A stretch of 61,542 nucleotides of DNA, the filler included. It is 5 parts of 5 records of this genome, joined end to end, with 100 filler letters (N's around TTAATTAATTAA, not from the genome) between each part and the next. Parts side by side here need not be neighbours in the genome. Positions count along the whole stretch, not along the records: positions 1 to 18,288 come from SRR31156797_17859; 4 more parts are not named here. One strand, given 5' to 3'. Position numbers and translations under genes: made by a program. The notes under the pieces are model-generated. The model saw only the letters and a program-made list of their open reading frames with translations, ran no database searches and had not been told where the DNA came from. Positions 1 through 9,667 of this stretch are shown piece by piece (position 1 is the first letter of the stretch; each line of letters starts with the position of its first letter).

Positions 1-671
1 GCCAATACCCGTTCATAGGCGGCGATGGCATCCGTCTCGCGGCCCATCAGGATCAGCAGATTGGCCAGGTTCAGCCAGGCACCGATATGCCCCGGCCGGG
101 AATCGACGGCGCCCCTGAAGGCCGCTTCGGCTTCGTCTGGGCGCCCCATCGCCTTCAATACGATGCCAAGCCCATTCAGCGCCACGGCGTCGTCCGGGGC
201 CAGTTGCAAGGATCGCCGGAATGCCGGCTCGGCCTCTTCGTGGCGTCCCAGGCGCCGCAGGGCCTGTCCCAGGTTGTAATGCGCTTCGGCCATGCCCGGC
301 GCCAGATCGGCGGCCCGTGCAAACGCCGTTGCCGCTTCTTCGATGCGGCCGAGGGAGGTCAGTGCGTTGCCGAGGTTGTTTTGGATGTCGGGACGGTCCG
401 GCGCCGCCCGGATCGCCGTTTTCAGGTGCTTCAGGGCGATCGCGCCGTTCCCCGATCGAAGCGCCAATACGGCCAGAAGGTGATGGACTTCCGGATTTTC
501 CGGATCATTGTCGAGCGCCCGACGGCACAACGATTGGGCTTCGGGCAGGTTGCCGCTTGCCAACGCCTGCGCCGCCATCGCAAGAAGTCGTTCGCCGGCG
601 GAGCGGTCGGGCGGCGTTCCCTGACCCTTGCGGCCGAGTTTCTGCTGACGGCGGCGTTCCTTACGGCTCAT
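1..671 (-). CDS. TPR-repeat protein, N-terminal part (runs off window start; absent from ORF track)
   Basis: ATG at 671 overlaps the end of the upstream gene; MSRKERRRQQKLGRK... followed by TPR repeats (IQNNLGNALTSLGRIEEA, AHYNLGQALRRLGRHEEA); no stop before base 1. Confidence 0.85.
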   Translation of the reverse strand, partial: MSRKERRRQQKLGRKGQGTPPDRSAGERLLAMAAQALASGNLPEAQSLCRRALDNDPENPEVHHLLAVLALRSGNGAIALKHLKTAIRAAPDRPDIQNNLGNALTSLGRIEEAATAFARAADLAPGMAEAHYNLGQALRRLGRHEEAEPAFRRSLQLAPDDAVALNGLGIVLKAMGRPDEAEAAFRGAVDSRPGHIGAWLNLANLLILMGRETDAIAAYERVL

Positions 672-2835
672 TGCCGTGCTCCACCTCGACCCCGCAGCTT
701 TCAAGGGCATCTTTCAGCGGCCCGAGATGCGTTTCGAATTGGCGCCAGCGCCCGACCGACGAGGAATAGACCGGTTGACGGACCTGCCATTTGCTGGCCG
801 TCCGCACGCTGCGCCGGGCTTCGTGAAATCGCAGACAGTCCTCGTCCCAGTCGAGGCGACAGTATTCGAGCAATTGACGGATCGCCCCTTCGGTATTGGC
901 GACTACGTCTTCGTAGTCGATTTCGAGCATGGTAATCGGGCTGGCCCGCCGCCAATGATCCATCAGACGCACATACTCGCCATAAAAATGGGCCAGGTTT
1001 TCCATGTCGTAGGCGTAGGGGTGCGCGTCGGCAAAGGATTCGGCAAAGATAGAAAAACAGGTATCCATTGCATTGCGTCGGCAATGAATCACCTGAGCGC
1101 GGGGGAACAAAAGGGCGATCAGGCCAAGATGCCTGAAATTGACCGGCAATTTGTCGGTGTACCGGCGGGATTCCGGGAAGCGGCGGGCCAGCCGTCCCAG
1201 ATAGGTACGGGCCAGCGACTTGACGTTGGCATCCGATAGTCGCCGGACGCATTCCGGAAATTCTTCGCCGCCGCCCAGCATCCCCGGAAGGTCTTCGGAT
1301 ATGACTTCGAATTCCTGTAGTTCGCTACCGTCGCCGACCCAACGGTGGCTGGCGATAATCTGTTCGATCAGCGACGTCCCCGAACGCATCATGCCGACGA
1401 TGAAGATCGGGCGGTCGTCGGCAACGCCCTGATCGGCGCGTTCGGAGAAGAATTGCCCGTCGAAGGTTTGGATCAAACGATCGGTTGCGGCGCTGACGGA
1501 CTCGCGATCGTATTCGCATGTCTTGTTGCGCACCCGGTTTCCCTTGAGAAGCAGGGAAAAGGCTTCGTCGTGCCGTTCTTTGCGTTCCAGCACCCGGGCC
1601 AGCGAAAAGCAAAGATCGGCGCGCTTGGTGTCGGGTGTGTCGGCCCGGTCGATAGCGGTGGCGACGGCGTCCAGTTCGCCGTCGCCGATTTCGGCCCCGC
1701 CGTCGACGGCCAATCGACGGAAATAGACTGCCGGATCGGGATTGATTTCGCGCAGGATGTCGATGACGTCGCGGGCGTGCCCGAAATCGCCTTCGGTTTG
1801 AAGCAGCTTGGCATGCCGGAGGAAAGCCTCGGCGAAGTCGGGGAACTCCTGCTCGATGCTTTCGTAGATGGTCTGGGCCTCGTTGGCGCGGCCGGCCTCG
1901 GCCAGGATATTGCCGAGGTTGAGGCGGAAATCGCGATTCCGTTGTTCCAGGGAAACCGCCTTGCGGGCGTGCTCGATGGCTTCTTCGGCGCGGCCGCGAC
2001 GGGTCATCAGGATGGCCAGGTTGTTATGGGCGGCGGCCAGCGAATCGTCGATGGTGATGGCTTGGCCGTAGGCTTGCACAGCTTGGCGAGGGCGGTTCAG
2101 ACGGTCGAGTGCCCGGCCCCGTTCCAGATGAACGGGCGCCGCGTTTGGCTCGATCGCCAGGGCGGCGTCGAATTCGGCCAGGGCCGCAGCGAAATCGCCC
2201 CGATCCATCAGTGCCGTGCCGAGATTGACGCGGCCGATTGCATAGTTGGGAGCCAGTTCAACGGCCTGGCGCAGGCAATCCAATCCCTGTCGGCCGTCAC
2301 CCGAGCGGTCCAGGGCAATTCCCAGGTTGGTCAGTGCCGCCGGATTCTTCGGCATCAACCGTGCCGCGTCGTGGAACGAATCGACCGATTCCGCTTCAAG
2401 CCCGGCCCGTCGCAGGGCCAAACCCAGGTTCAGATGCGCATTGCCGTGATCGCCGTCGATTTCAATGGCCCGGCGGGAATCGGCGATCGCCTCGTCGTTG
2501 CGCCCGAGTGCCATCAGGGCGCTGCCGCGATTGACCAGATGGTCGGGATTGTCCGGCTGGGCGCCGAGAATCCGCGAAAACAGATCGACGGCTTCGCCGA
2601 ATTTTCCCGTCTGCAGGGAGATAATACCAAGAAGTTCCGTCGCGTCCGGATCTTCCGGCCGTTTTTCCAGAACCCGGCGGCACAGGTCGCCGGCCGCGTT
2701 GAACCGGCCTCGGCGCATTTGGCCGACGGCCTGGCGGATCATCGTTTCCGGGCTGGGGTTGCCGAAGGATGCCATCGGGCCGCCGGCAAATCCGGCCCCG
2801 ACCCGTCCCGACATTCCAATGGGTTTTTGTGCCAT
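661..2835 (-). CDS. TPR-repeat + sulfotransferase-family protein
   Basis: Many TPRs, then sulfotransferase PAPS-binding motif IFIVGMMRSGTSLIEQIIASH, TDKLPVNF and C-terminal VRTASKWQVRQPVYSSSVGRW. Confidence 0.9.
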   Translation of the reverse strand: MAQKPIGMSGRVGAGFAGGPMASFGNPSPETMIRQAVGQMRRGRFNAAGDLCRRVLEKRPEDPDATELLGIISLQTGKFGEAVDLFSRILGAQPDNPDHLVNRGSALMALGRNDEAIADSRRAIEIDGDHGNAHLNLGLALRRAGLEAESVDSFHDAARLMPKNPAALTNLGIALDRSGDGRQGLDCLRQAVELAPNYAIGRVNLGTALMDRGDFAAALAEFDAALAIEPNAAPVHLERGRALDRLNRPRQAVQAYGQAITIDDSLAAAHNNLAILMTRRGRAEEAIEHARKAVSLEQRNRDFRLNLGNILAEAGRANEAQTIYESIEQEFPDFAEAFLRHAKLLQTEGDFGHARDVIDILREINPDPAVYFRRLAVDGGAEIGDGELDAVATAIDRADTPDTKRADLCFSLARVLERKERHDEAFSLLLKGNRVRNKTCEYDRESVSAATDRLIQTFDGQFFSERADQGVADDRPIFIVGMMRSGTSLIEQIIASHRWVGDGSELQEFEVISEDLPGMLGGGEEFPECVRRLSDANVKSLARTYLGRLARRFPESRRYTDKLPVNFRHLGLIALLFPRAQVIHCRRNAMDTCFSIFAESFADAHPYAYDMENLAHFYGEYVRLMDHWRRASPITMLEIDYEDVVANTEGAIRQLLEYCRLDWDEDCLRFHEARRSVRTASKWQVRQPVYSSSVGRWRQFETHLGPLKDALESCGVEVEHGNEP

Positions 2836-2875
2836 GGGTTTCCTGAAATTCTATTTTGCGGCCGGTTTATCAGGC

Positions 2876-3508
2876 TTAGGGATGGGCCTCAAGCCCGGCA
2901 AGACCTCCGACTCCGGCAATTCCGGCCAGTCCGGTGCCGGCCAATCGCGATGCCGTTTGCGGATTGATGCCGCCGAGCGCATAGACCGGCAAAGCGGAAT
3001 TGCGGCAATGCAGCGCGAAACGCAGCGGCCCCAGGGTGGCGGCGCCGGGATGGCTGGCGGTAGAAAAGATCGGCGACAGTAGGACGGCATCGGCGCCGGC
3101 CCGGGCGGCCCGGGCGATCGCCGTTCCCGAATGAGCCGCCGCGGTGACCAGGAAGCCGGCGGTCCGGGTTGCCGGCGCCCCCCATGCGCGCGGTCCCCGC
3201 CGCGCTAGTCCCTCCGGCAGATGGACGCCGTCGGCGCCGACCGATAGGGCCAGGCGCCAATCGGCGGCGATCAGAAAAACCAGGCCGCGCCGACGGCAGA
3301 CGGCGGCCAGTTTCCGGGCCAGATCGGCCCGTCCCGGATCGGTGTAATGGCGCAGGATAACGGCGTTTCCGCGCGGCAGCATTCGCGCCGCGGCCAACGG
3401 GTCGGGGCCGCGGACTTCGTCGGTCATCAGAACCAGCGGCGGCAGGACCGTCTTTCCCGTTTTTGCGGGTTTGTGTCGGAAACCGGGTTTTGCTAGGCTC
3501 GCGGGCAC
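2876..3508 (-). CDS. thiamine-phosphate synthase (TenI/ThiE-like TIM barrel); start uncertain
   Basis: GADGVHLPE, AAAHS, LSPIFSTASHP and ALGGI motifs; GTG at 3508 chosen to avoid overlap with yggS. Confidence 0.75.
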   Translation of the reverse strand: MPASLAKPGFRHKPAKTGKTVLPPLVLMTDEVRGPDPLAAARMLPRGNAVILRHYTDPGRADLARKLAAVCRRRGLVFLIAADWRLALSVGADGVHLPEGLARRGPRAWGAPATRTAGFLVTAAAHSGTAIARAARAGADAVLLSPIFSTASHPGAATLGPLRFALHCRNSALPVYALGGINPQTASRLAGTGLAGIAGVGGLAGLEAHP

Positions 3509-3558
3509 GTAAATAATATCCTTTTCAGGCCGCTTCCCGGCCGCCACTGGTTTCGCCG

Positions 3559-4254
3559 ATGACACAGACACCTGATATCGCCGCCAATCTCGCCGCGGTC
3601 AAAGACCGAATCGCCGATGCCGCGAAAAGCGCCGGCCGCGACCCGTTGGCGGTCAACCTTGTCGCCGTCAGCAAAACCAAACCGGTCGACATGATACAGG
3701 CCGCGATCGTCGCAGGGCAGCGGATTTTCGGCGAAAACCGCGTCCAGGAGGCGGCCGACAAGTGGCCCGGGTTAAAAGCCGAACATCCCGACGTCCGCCT
3801 TCACCTGGTCGGCCCGCTGCAAAGCAACAAGGTGAAGCGGGCGACCGCCTTTTGCGATGCGATCGAATCGGTGGACCGGGAAAAACTGGTCAGGGCACTG
3901 GTCGAGGACATGTCGCGGACCGGCCGCGCCATAGACTGTTTCATCCAGGTTAATACCGGCGAAGAACCGCAAAAGGCGGGCATCCTTCCCGACTGGATCG
4001 ATGCATTTCTGGCCAAATGCCGCGATGTTTACGAATTGCCGGTGGCCGGCCTCATGTGCATTCCGCCGATCGACGACGAAGCCGCCCTGCATTTCGGCCT
4101 GCTGGCCGAGATGGCGCGACGCAACGGATTGGCGGGCCTTTCCATGGGCATGACCGGCGATTTCGAAACCGCCATTCGCTTCGGCGCCACCCATGTCCGC
4201 ATCGGCACCGCCATATTCGGCGCCCGCCCGCCGATCAAATCTCCGGCGCCATAA
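3559..4254 (+). CDS. yggS: PLP homeostasis protein YggS
   Basis: VAVSKT (PLP lysine), FGENRVQE, GPLQSNK, LSMGMTGDFE, VRIGTAIFG. Confidence 0.95.
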   Translation: MTQTPDIAANLAAVKDRIADAAKSAGRDPLAVNLVAVSKTKPVDMIQAAIVAGQRIFGENRVQEAADKWPGLKAEHPDVRLHLVGPLQSNKVKRATAFCDAIESVDREKLVRALVEDMSRTGRAIDCFIQVNTGEEPQKAGILPDWIDAFLAKCRDVYELPVAGLMCIPPIDDEAALHFGLLAEMARRNGLAGLSMGMTGDFETAIRFGATHVRIGTAIFGARPPIKSPAP

Positions 4255-4741
4255 CCGTCACGAAATCGGCGCCGTCACAGGCGGCGATCAGATCCCGCAA
4301 ATCCGACAGCATCAAGGCGACGCAGCCTTCGGTCGGGGCCCAGTCGGGCGCCGCCACATGGATGAAGACGGCGCTTCCTTTTCCGGCCACAGACGGATCG
4401 TCGTTGTGGCCGATGACGACGACAAGATCGTACAGGCCGTCGTCGCGCCACATGTGTTCGTGACGGCCGGCATGGGGAAGCGCGACCGGGCGGTTATAGT
4501 CCGGATCGTCGGGGTCGTCGCACCAGCCGTCGGCCGGCGACAGGGCCGTGGCCGGCAACACCGTTTGCGGAACCCCGACGCGATCTTCGCGGTAAAGAAC
4601 CCGGCGCAGGGCAAAGCGGCCGGCCGGGGTTGTCCCGTCGCCTTCCGATTTTTGTTCGGCGATGCCGCCACGGCCGAGGGCGCAGCGTACACGGCGATCC
4701 TTCCAGGCTATGGTGGCGTCCGGTCGAACGATGATTTCCAT
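4235..4741 (-). CDS. L,D-transpeptidase (YkuD) family protein
   Basis: EGDGTTPAG, GSAVFIH...PTEGCVAL (His/Cys catalytic motif). Confidence 0.85.
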   Translation of the reverse strand: MEIIVRPDATIAWKDRRVRCALGRGGIAEQKSEGDGTTPAGRFALRRVLYREDRVGVPQTVLPATALSPADGWCDDPDDPDYNRPVALPHAGRHEHMWRDDGLYDLVVVIGHNDDPSVAGKGSAVFIHVAAPDWAPTEGCVALMLSDLRDLIAACDGADFVTVMAPEI

Positions 4742-4778
4742 GGGGTAAGACTAGGGCAAAGGCGCGGCGCTTGCAGCC

Positions 4779-5666
4779 TTATCGTTGCAGAACCGGGCCG
4801 GTTGCCGCCGCGTCGCCGCCCGTCAGGCGAGCCGCCGCGTCGTATTTGCCGGTGGCTTCGAACTGTTCGAGGGCGGCCAGCATGACCTCGGTGAACCAAC
4901 CGCCTTCCGATGCCATCGCTCCCGGCGGCGGGGTTGAAGGCGCCGCGGATTCGGGTTCGTCGTCAGTGGCCGCGGATTGCACCGGAACTTCGCCGACGGC
5001 GGCAATTTGGTTTTGCGCCACCCGCGCCGCCTGCAGGGTCGACCGGACGGAGGCCAGGATTTCGGGTGCCGCCATGGCAGCGGGCAGGGGCGCCAGGGCG
5101 GCCAGTTCGATGGGCTGTTGCGGCACCGTTGCGGGTGACTCCGGAACGGCGGACGGCAGCGGCGCCAGGGCGCTCAATTCGGGAACCGGCGACGGGCCGC
5201 CGGCGGCCGTCACGAACGCTGCGTCCGGAAATCCGTCCTCGGCCGATGCGACCATGACCTCGCCCGAATCGGGCGACGGCGACGAAGGCCCGGTTCGTTC
5301 GAACAGGGCCATGACGTGTCCGCCCAGGTCCTTTCCGGTGCCTTCCTCGATCGAGGCGTTGAGGGTGGCAACCGCGGCGCCGATCGGTCCGCCGAAAAGG
5401 GCGCCGCCGGCAATCCGCGGGCCGGCCGCGATTTCATCGCCGGTAACGGACCGGTAAATGGCCGAAACGACCGGAATATGCTGTAACGGGTTGATGACAT
5501 CGATCAGGTCGTCAAAGGAGAAACCGTCCCTGCCGAACAATTCGAAGCTTCCGTTGTCATCGGAATCTTCCTTAACGGCATTGTTGGATCGCGCCGCGAC
5601 CGGTTCCGGCGGCGGTGCCGGAAGCGGCGGCGGTATCCAGACCGCATCGGTTTTCTGAATCGCCAT
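4779..5666 (-). CDS. conserved hypothetical protein (Rhodospirillales-type)
   Basis: Conserved-looking block FDDLIDVINPLQHIPVVSAIYR...GGALFGGPIG followed by Pro/Ala-rich low-complexity region; host-like codon usage. Confidence 0.7.
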   Translation of the reverse strand: MAIQKTDAVWIPPPLPAPPPEPVAARSNNAVKEDSDDNGSFELFGRDGFSFDDLIDVINPLQHIPVVSAIYRSVTGDEIAAGPRIAGGALFGGPIGAAVATLNASIEEGTGKDLGGHVMALFERTGPSSPSPDSGEVMVASAEDGFPDAAFVTAAGGPSPVPELSALAPLPSAVPESPATVPQQPIELAALAPLPAAMAAPEILASVRSTLQAARVAQNQIAAVGEVPVQSAATDDEPESAAPSTPPPGAMASEGGWFTEVMLAALEQFEATGKYDAAARLTGGDAAATGPVLQR

Positions 5667-5834
5667 GTTCTTTTCGTTCCCACAAAAGCCCGCACAATGA
5701 GACGCAAGGCCTGTGCCAGGTGGAAACGCAACGATATCAGTAAGTTAGCTGATCGAGAGGGGGAAGGAACGGCCCCGCCGGAAGGAATTGCCCAGCCGCT
5801 TCGGGCGGCACGGAAAATGAGCGGCCGGAACAAG

Positions 5835-6989
5835 TTAGATCAGGTGGCCGCTTTTGATCCGTTTGGTCCGAAGATAGGCCTCGTTGTGCGCATTCGACGG
5901 GAAACTGTGGGGGACGCGCTCGGTCACCTCGATTCCGCAGCCGGCAAGGGCATCGACCTTGTCGGGATTGTTGGTCAACAGGCGGACTCGTTCGACGCCC
6001 AGGTGCCGCAGCATCTGGGCGGCCGGCAGATAGACCCGTTCGTCGGCGTCATAGCCCAGCTGTTCGTTGGCTTCGATGGTATCGAAACCCCGGTCCTGCA
6101 GCTCGTACGCCCGCAATTTGTTGACCAGGCCGATGCCACGCCCTTCCTGCGCCAGATACAGAAGAACGCCGCTGCCGGCCTTGCCGATGGCGACAATGGC
6201 GGCGCGCAGCTGTTCGCCGCAATCGCAGCGCAGGCTGCCCAGCAGGTCGCCGGTGAAACACTCGGAATGAAGCCGGGTCAAAACCGGCGATTGCCAGTCC
6301 GGTTCGCCGATGATGACGGCCAGATGCTCAAGCCCGCCGTCGAGCGGCCGGAACGACAGGATGCGGGTGTCATCGGCCCCTTCCAGCGGTACCCGCGCCT
6401 CGCTGACCATGCGCAGGGTCCGGGCCGCCGTGTGCTCGTATTGGAAGACATCGCCGGCGTCGACCAGAAGAAGGCCGTGCCGCTCGGCCCAGGCCGCCAG
6501 GTCGCCGGCTTCCGGGTCCTCGATGCGGGCGACCAGGGCCGCCGGCAACAAACGCGCCACCTTGGTCAAGCCGACGGCGGCGCTTTCGCAGCCATAGGCC
6601 GTCGCGTCGACGACGGTGAAATCCCGTTTCTCGGGAAAGCCTTCCGGCATGCCGGACAGGGGATCGGACAGGTCGCGCAAGGTTTGGGGATTCCCGGCGT
6701 CCGCCGCCGACAGGACGACAACCTTGGCGTCACTGTGTCCCAGCCCCAATACCTCGGCCCGGCGGGCGGTAATCGCCAGATTGACGGCGCCCTGGCTGGT
6801 TCGGCGCAATTGTTCGACGCCCTCGTCGGTCGACGCTTCGGTGGCGAGCGCCAATGCCGCTTCGCCGCCGCCGGCCTTGATGGCGACCGGAAAGCCGCGC
6901 CGCAACTCGGCGACGGCCCGATCGACGGCCAACAGGGATACCGGTTCACGCGATGCCGGCATGGGCACGGAAGAATAACGATGGGGCAT
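5835..6989 (-). CDS. ribA: GTP cyclohydrolase II with degenerate N-terminal DHBP-synthase-like domain
   Basis: RLHSECFTGDLLGSLRCDCGEQL, QEGRGIGL, LLTNNPDK. Confidence 0.93.
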   Translation of the reverse strand: MPHRYSSVPMPASREPVSLLAVDRAVAELRRGFPVAIKAGGGEAALALATEASTDEGVEQLRRTSQGAVNLAITARRAEVLGLGHSDAKVVVLSAADAGNPQTLRDLSDPLSGMPEGFPEKRDFTVVDATAYGCESAAVGLTKVARLLPAALVARIEDPEAGDLAAWAERHGLLLVDAGDVFQYEHTAARTLRMVSEARVPLEGADDTRILSFRPLDGGLEHLAVIIGEPDWQSPVLTRLHSECFTGDLLGSLRCDCGEQLRAAIVAIGKAGSGVLLYLAQEGRGIGLVNKLRAYELQDRGFDTIEANEQLGYDADERVYLPAAQMLRHLGVERVRLLTNNPDKVDALAGCGIEVTERVPHSFPSNAHNEAYLRTKRIKSGHLI

Positions 6990-7240
6990 CAGACCTGTTT
7001 CATCGTTTTCGGCACCGGGTTCCGATCCGGTGCCAAGCCGAACAAAAACGGTTTACCGCCGCTGCCGCGGCGCGGGGTCGGGACCATAGCGCCAAAGCCA
7101 TCTCCTGCAAAGCGCCGATTCGGAAGCGCCGTCTTGCATCTTGAAATTCGGCGCGAACTCCCGGAAATATATGGGATGGCGATGCGGTTCTTTAACCGTC
7201 ACAATTGAATACGGTGATACGGTGCCCGAAAGGGGTGAAC

Positions 7241-7948
7241 ATGAGCAACGGCAAACGCATTCTGATCGTCGATGACGACGAGACCCTTCTGCAGATGCTC
7301 GCCGAGCAGTTGCAGCTTCATGAGGAATTCGACACCACCTGTGTCGTATCGGGCGCCCAGGCCCTGGAGGCCACAAAGGGCGACTATTTCGATATCATCA
7401 TATTGGACGTCGGCCTTCCCGACATGGACGGCCGCGAGGCCTGCCGCCTGATGCGCCGGGCCGGCGTCAAATCGCCGATCATCATGCTGACCGGCGCCGA
7501 TACCGACGCCGACACCATTCTCGGGCTCGACTCGGGCGCCAACGACTACATCACCAAGCCGTTCCGCCTCGGCGTGCTCCTGGCCCGCCTCAGGGCCCAT
7601 ATCCGCCAGCACGAACGAAGCGACGACGCCGTTTTCTCGATCGGGCCCTATACGTTCCAGCCCAGCGCCAAGATGCTGGTCGACGAGGACCGCAACAAAA
7701 AGATCCGGCTGACCGACAAGGAGGCCGCCATCCTGAAATACCTGTACCGGACCGGCGATCGCGTCGTCAGCCGCGACGTGCTGTTGGACGAGGTGTGGGG
7801 CTACAACGCCGGCGTCACGACCCACACCCTGGAAACCCACGTATACCGGTTGCGCCAGAAGATCGAGCGCGATCCCTCGAACGCCCAGCTTCTGGTTACC
7901 GAACCGGGCGGCTACCGGCTGGTTGCGAAGGCGGTCGAGGCAACCTGA
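7241..7948 (+). CDS. OmpR/PhoB-family DNA-binding response regulator (no adjacent kinase)
   Basis: ILIVDDD, ILDVGLPDMDG (phospho-Asp), DYITKPF, winged-helix THTLETHVYRLRQKIE. Confidence 0.93.
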   Translation: MSNGKRILIVDDDETLLQMLAEQLQLHEEFDTTCVVSGAQALEATKGDYFDIIILDVGLPDMDGREACRLMRRAGVKSPIIMLTGADTDADTILGLDSGANDYITKPFRLGVLLARLRAHIRQHERSDDAVFSIGPYTFQPSAKMLVDEDRNKKIRLTDKEAAILKYLYRTGDRVVSRDVLLDEVWGYNAGVTTHTLETHVYRLRQKIERDPSNAQLLVTEPGGYRLVAKAVEAT

Positions 7949-7960
7949 TCGGAAAGTGCT

Positions 7961-8806
7961 CTAGGATTTCAGGGAAACCGCCACCGGCACATGGTCGGAC
8001 GGTTTGTCCCAGGCGCGCGCCTCGCTCAAGACCTTGGCGCCGGTCAGGTATTCGGTCAGCGGCGGCGATGTCCAGATATGATCGAGTCGGCGTCCGCGGT
8101 CGACCTCCTGCCAATCGCGGGCCCGATAGCTCCACCAGGTATAAAGCCGTTCCCGCGGCGGAATGAAGTGGCGCACGGCATCGGTCCACGATCCGGCGAG
8201 CATGGCGTTGTTCAAACGCACGACCTCGACCGGCGTGTGGGAAACCACGTGCAGCAGCTGTTGATGCGACCAGACATCGGTTTCCAGCGGTGCCACGTTG
8301 AAATCGCCGGCGACCAATATTTTTTTGTTGGCCGTATCCTGCGCCACCGACCATTCCCGGAACTCGTCCAGGAATTCGAGCTTATGCCTGAACTTGGGGT
8401 TGATCGCCGGGTCCGGTTCGTTGCCGCCGGACGGAACGTAAAGACTGTGGACCTCGATTTCGCCCAACTCGCCGCCGGCATCGATACGGGCATGGGCATG
8501 GCGGCCGTCGGCGCGCTCGCACCATTCCCGGGATCCCGCGTCGATCAGCGGGAAATGCGACAGAATGGCGACGCCGCCATGGGCTTTGATGCCGTGAACG
8601 TAGACATTCTCGAAACCCAGCTTCCAGACCGCCTCTTCCGGAAACGCCTCGTCCATGACCTTGGTTTCCTGCAGAAGGACGATATCCGGCGCCAACGCCT
8701 CGCACATCTTGGCCAGGCCGGCCAGACGCGAGCGGATGGAATTGACGTTCCAGGTCACGACATTCAACGGCACCGGGTTCACCCCATGCTTTTTCGAACT
8801 GGACAT
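7961..8806 (-). CDS. xth: exodeoxyribonuclease III
   Basis: TWNVNSIR, LQETK, GDFNVAP, YTWWSYR, RLDHIW, SDHVPV. Confidence 0.93.
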   Translation of the reverse strand: MSSSKKHGVNPVPLNVVTWNVNSIRSRLAGLAKMCEALAPDIVLLQETKVMDEAFPEEAVWKLGFENVYVHGIKAHGGVAILSHFPLIDAGSREWCERADGRHAHARIDAGGELGEIEVHSLYVPSGGNEPDPAINPKFRHKLEFLDEFREWSVAQDTANKKILVAGDFNVAPLETDVWSHQQLLHVVSHTPVEVVRLNNAMLAGSWTDAVRHFIPPRERLYTWWSYRARDWQEVDRGRRLDHIWTSPPLTEYLTGAKVLSEARAWDKPSDHVPVAVSLKS

Positions 8807-8819
8807 GTGGTTTTAGAAC

Positions 8820-8861
8820 AAAAAAAAGCGCCCGGTAAGGGGGGAAGGAACCGGGCGCTTT
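8820..8861 (-). terminator. rho-independent terminator between lolA and xth
   Basis: 9-bp GC stem (8828-8836/8850-8858), extendable by A/T pairs, followed by 8 T on the minus strand. Confidence 0.8.
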
Positions 8862-8934
8862 GGGGCTCTCTCAAAAGCCTTCGGGCGATCGATGAAACCG
8901 CCCTTCGGATTCCATTGCGGAACCCTTGGCTCAT
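8820..8934 (-). ncRNA. candidate sRNA/leader with C/U-rich (anti-SD-like) loop and intrinsic terminator
   Basis: TTGTTT-17bp-CATTTT promoter-like element at 8969-8941; several short hairpins; terminal stem GCGCCCGGT/ACCGGGCGC with loop UCCUUCCCCCCUU and U8 tail. Confidence 0.45.
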
Positions 8935-8985
8935 GGTTCTAAAATGGGTGATCCCCGCCGTAAAAACAACCGGTGAGTCGATTCT

Positions 8986-9630
8986 TTAACGGTCCGGTCC
9001 GCGATTGGCGTAGGGATTGCGGAAGACAAACACTTCGGGATCGATTTCGACGCCGAAACGACTTCCCATCAGCGATACCGTCGTCATGATGCCCTGGGCG
9101 TCCAGGATCTCCCACTTCTTGAGCTGCAGCGGCTTGTCGGTCAGCACCAGGGTCATGCTGCCCTCGAGCGGATCGTCGGCGCGGGCCAGGGTCAGGCGGA
9201 ATGTGTGCGCGCCGTGTTCGAATCCGGTGATGATCAGCTGGTCCGAAAAAAACGAGATATTTTCGCTGACCAGAAGCCCGGCCGGCGTATCGTCGAGATC
9301 GAGCCAGCTGACCTGCTCGAGGCTTTTGTCGTGATAGATCAGGCGGCCCTTGGCGCCGATGATCTCGATCGGCGACGGCGGGTCGTAGGTGAGCTTCAGC
9401 TTGCCGGGCCGCCACAGGTGGATCTTGCCCTCGGCATAGCTGCCGTTGGTCGATACCTGCAGGAATCGGGCCTCCAGGCTCTGGATGGAATTGAGGTATT
9501 GCTCGATCTGTCCGATCGCGGCGCGATCGGAATCGCTTAAGGTCACCGGCTTGACGTCCTGGGCGGCGGCGCCGGCGGCCGTCATCCAGACGAAAACAAA
9601 CCCGAGCAGACAGGCGAGAATCGACCTCAT
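8986..9630 (-). CDS. lolA: outer-membrane lipoprotein carrier LolA
   Basis: Signal peptide; LEARFLQ..., RPGKLKLTY; conserved position downstream of ftsK. Confidence 0.88.
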   Translation of the reverse strand: MRSILACLLGFVFVWMTAAGAAAQDVKPVTLSDSDRAAIGQIEQYLNSIQSLEARFLQVSTNGSYAEGKIHLWRPGKLKLTYDPPSPIEIIGAKGRLIYHDKSLEQVSWLDLDDTPAGLLVSENISFFSDQLIITGFEHGAHTFRLTLARADDPLEGSMTLVLTDKPLQLKKWEILDAQGIMTTVSLMGSRFGVEIDPEVFVFRNPYANRGPDR

Positions 9631-9667
9631 GGCCCGGCCTATGGACGGTCTAGTGGAAAAACTGCGT

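Noticed and set aside
1345-2967. Long antisense ORFs (also 5697-7208, 9446-10819, 10832-12130, 45126-46811, 47809-49248)
   Set aside because: Shadow frames of well-supported genes in GC-rich DNA; no recognisable motifs
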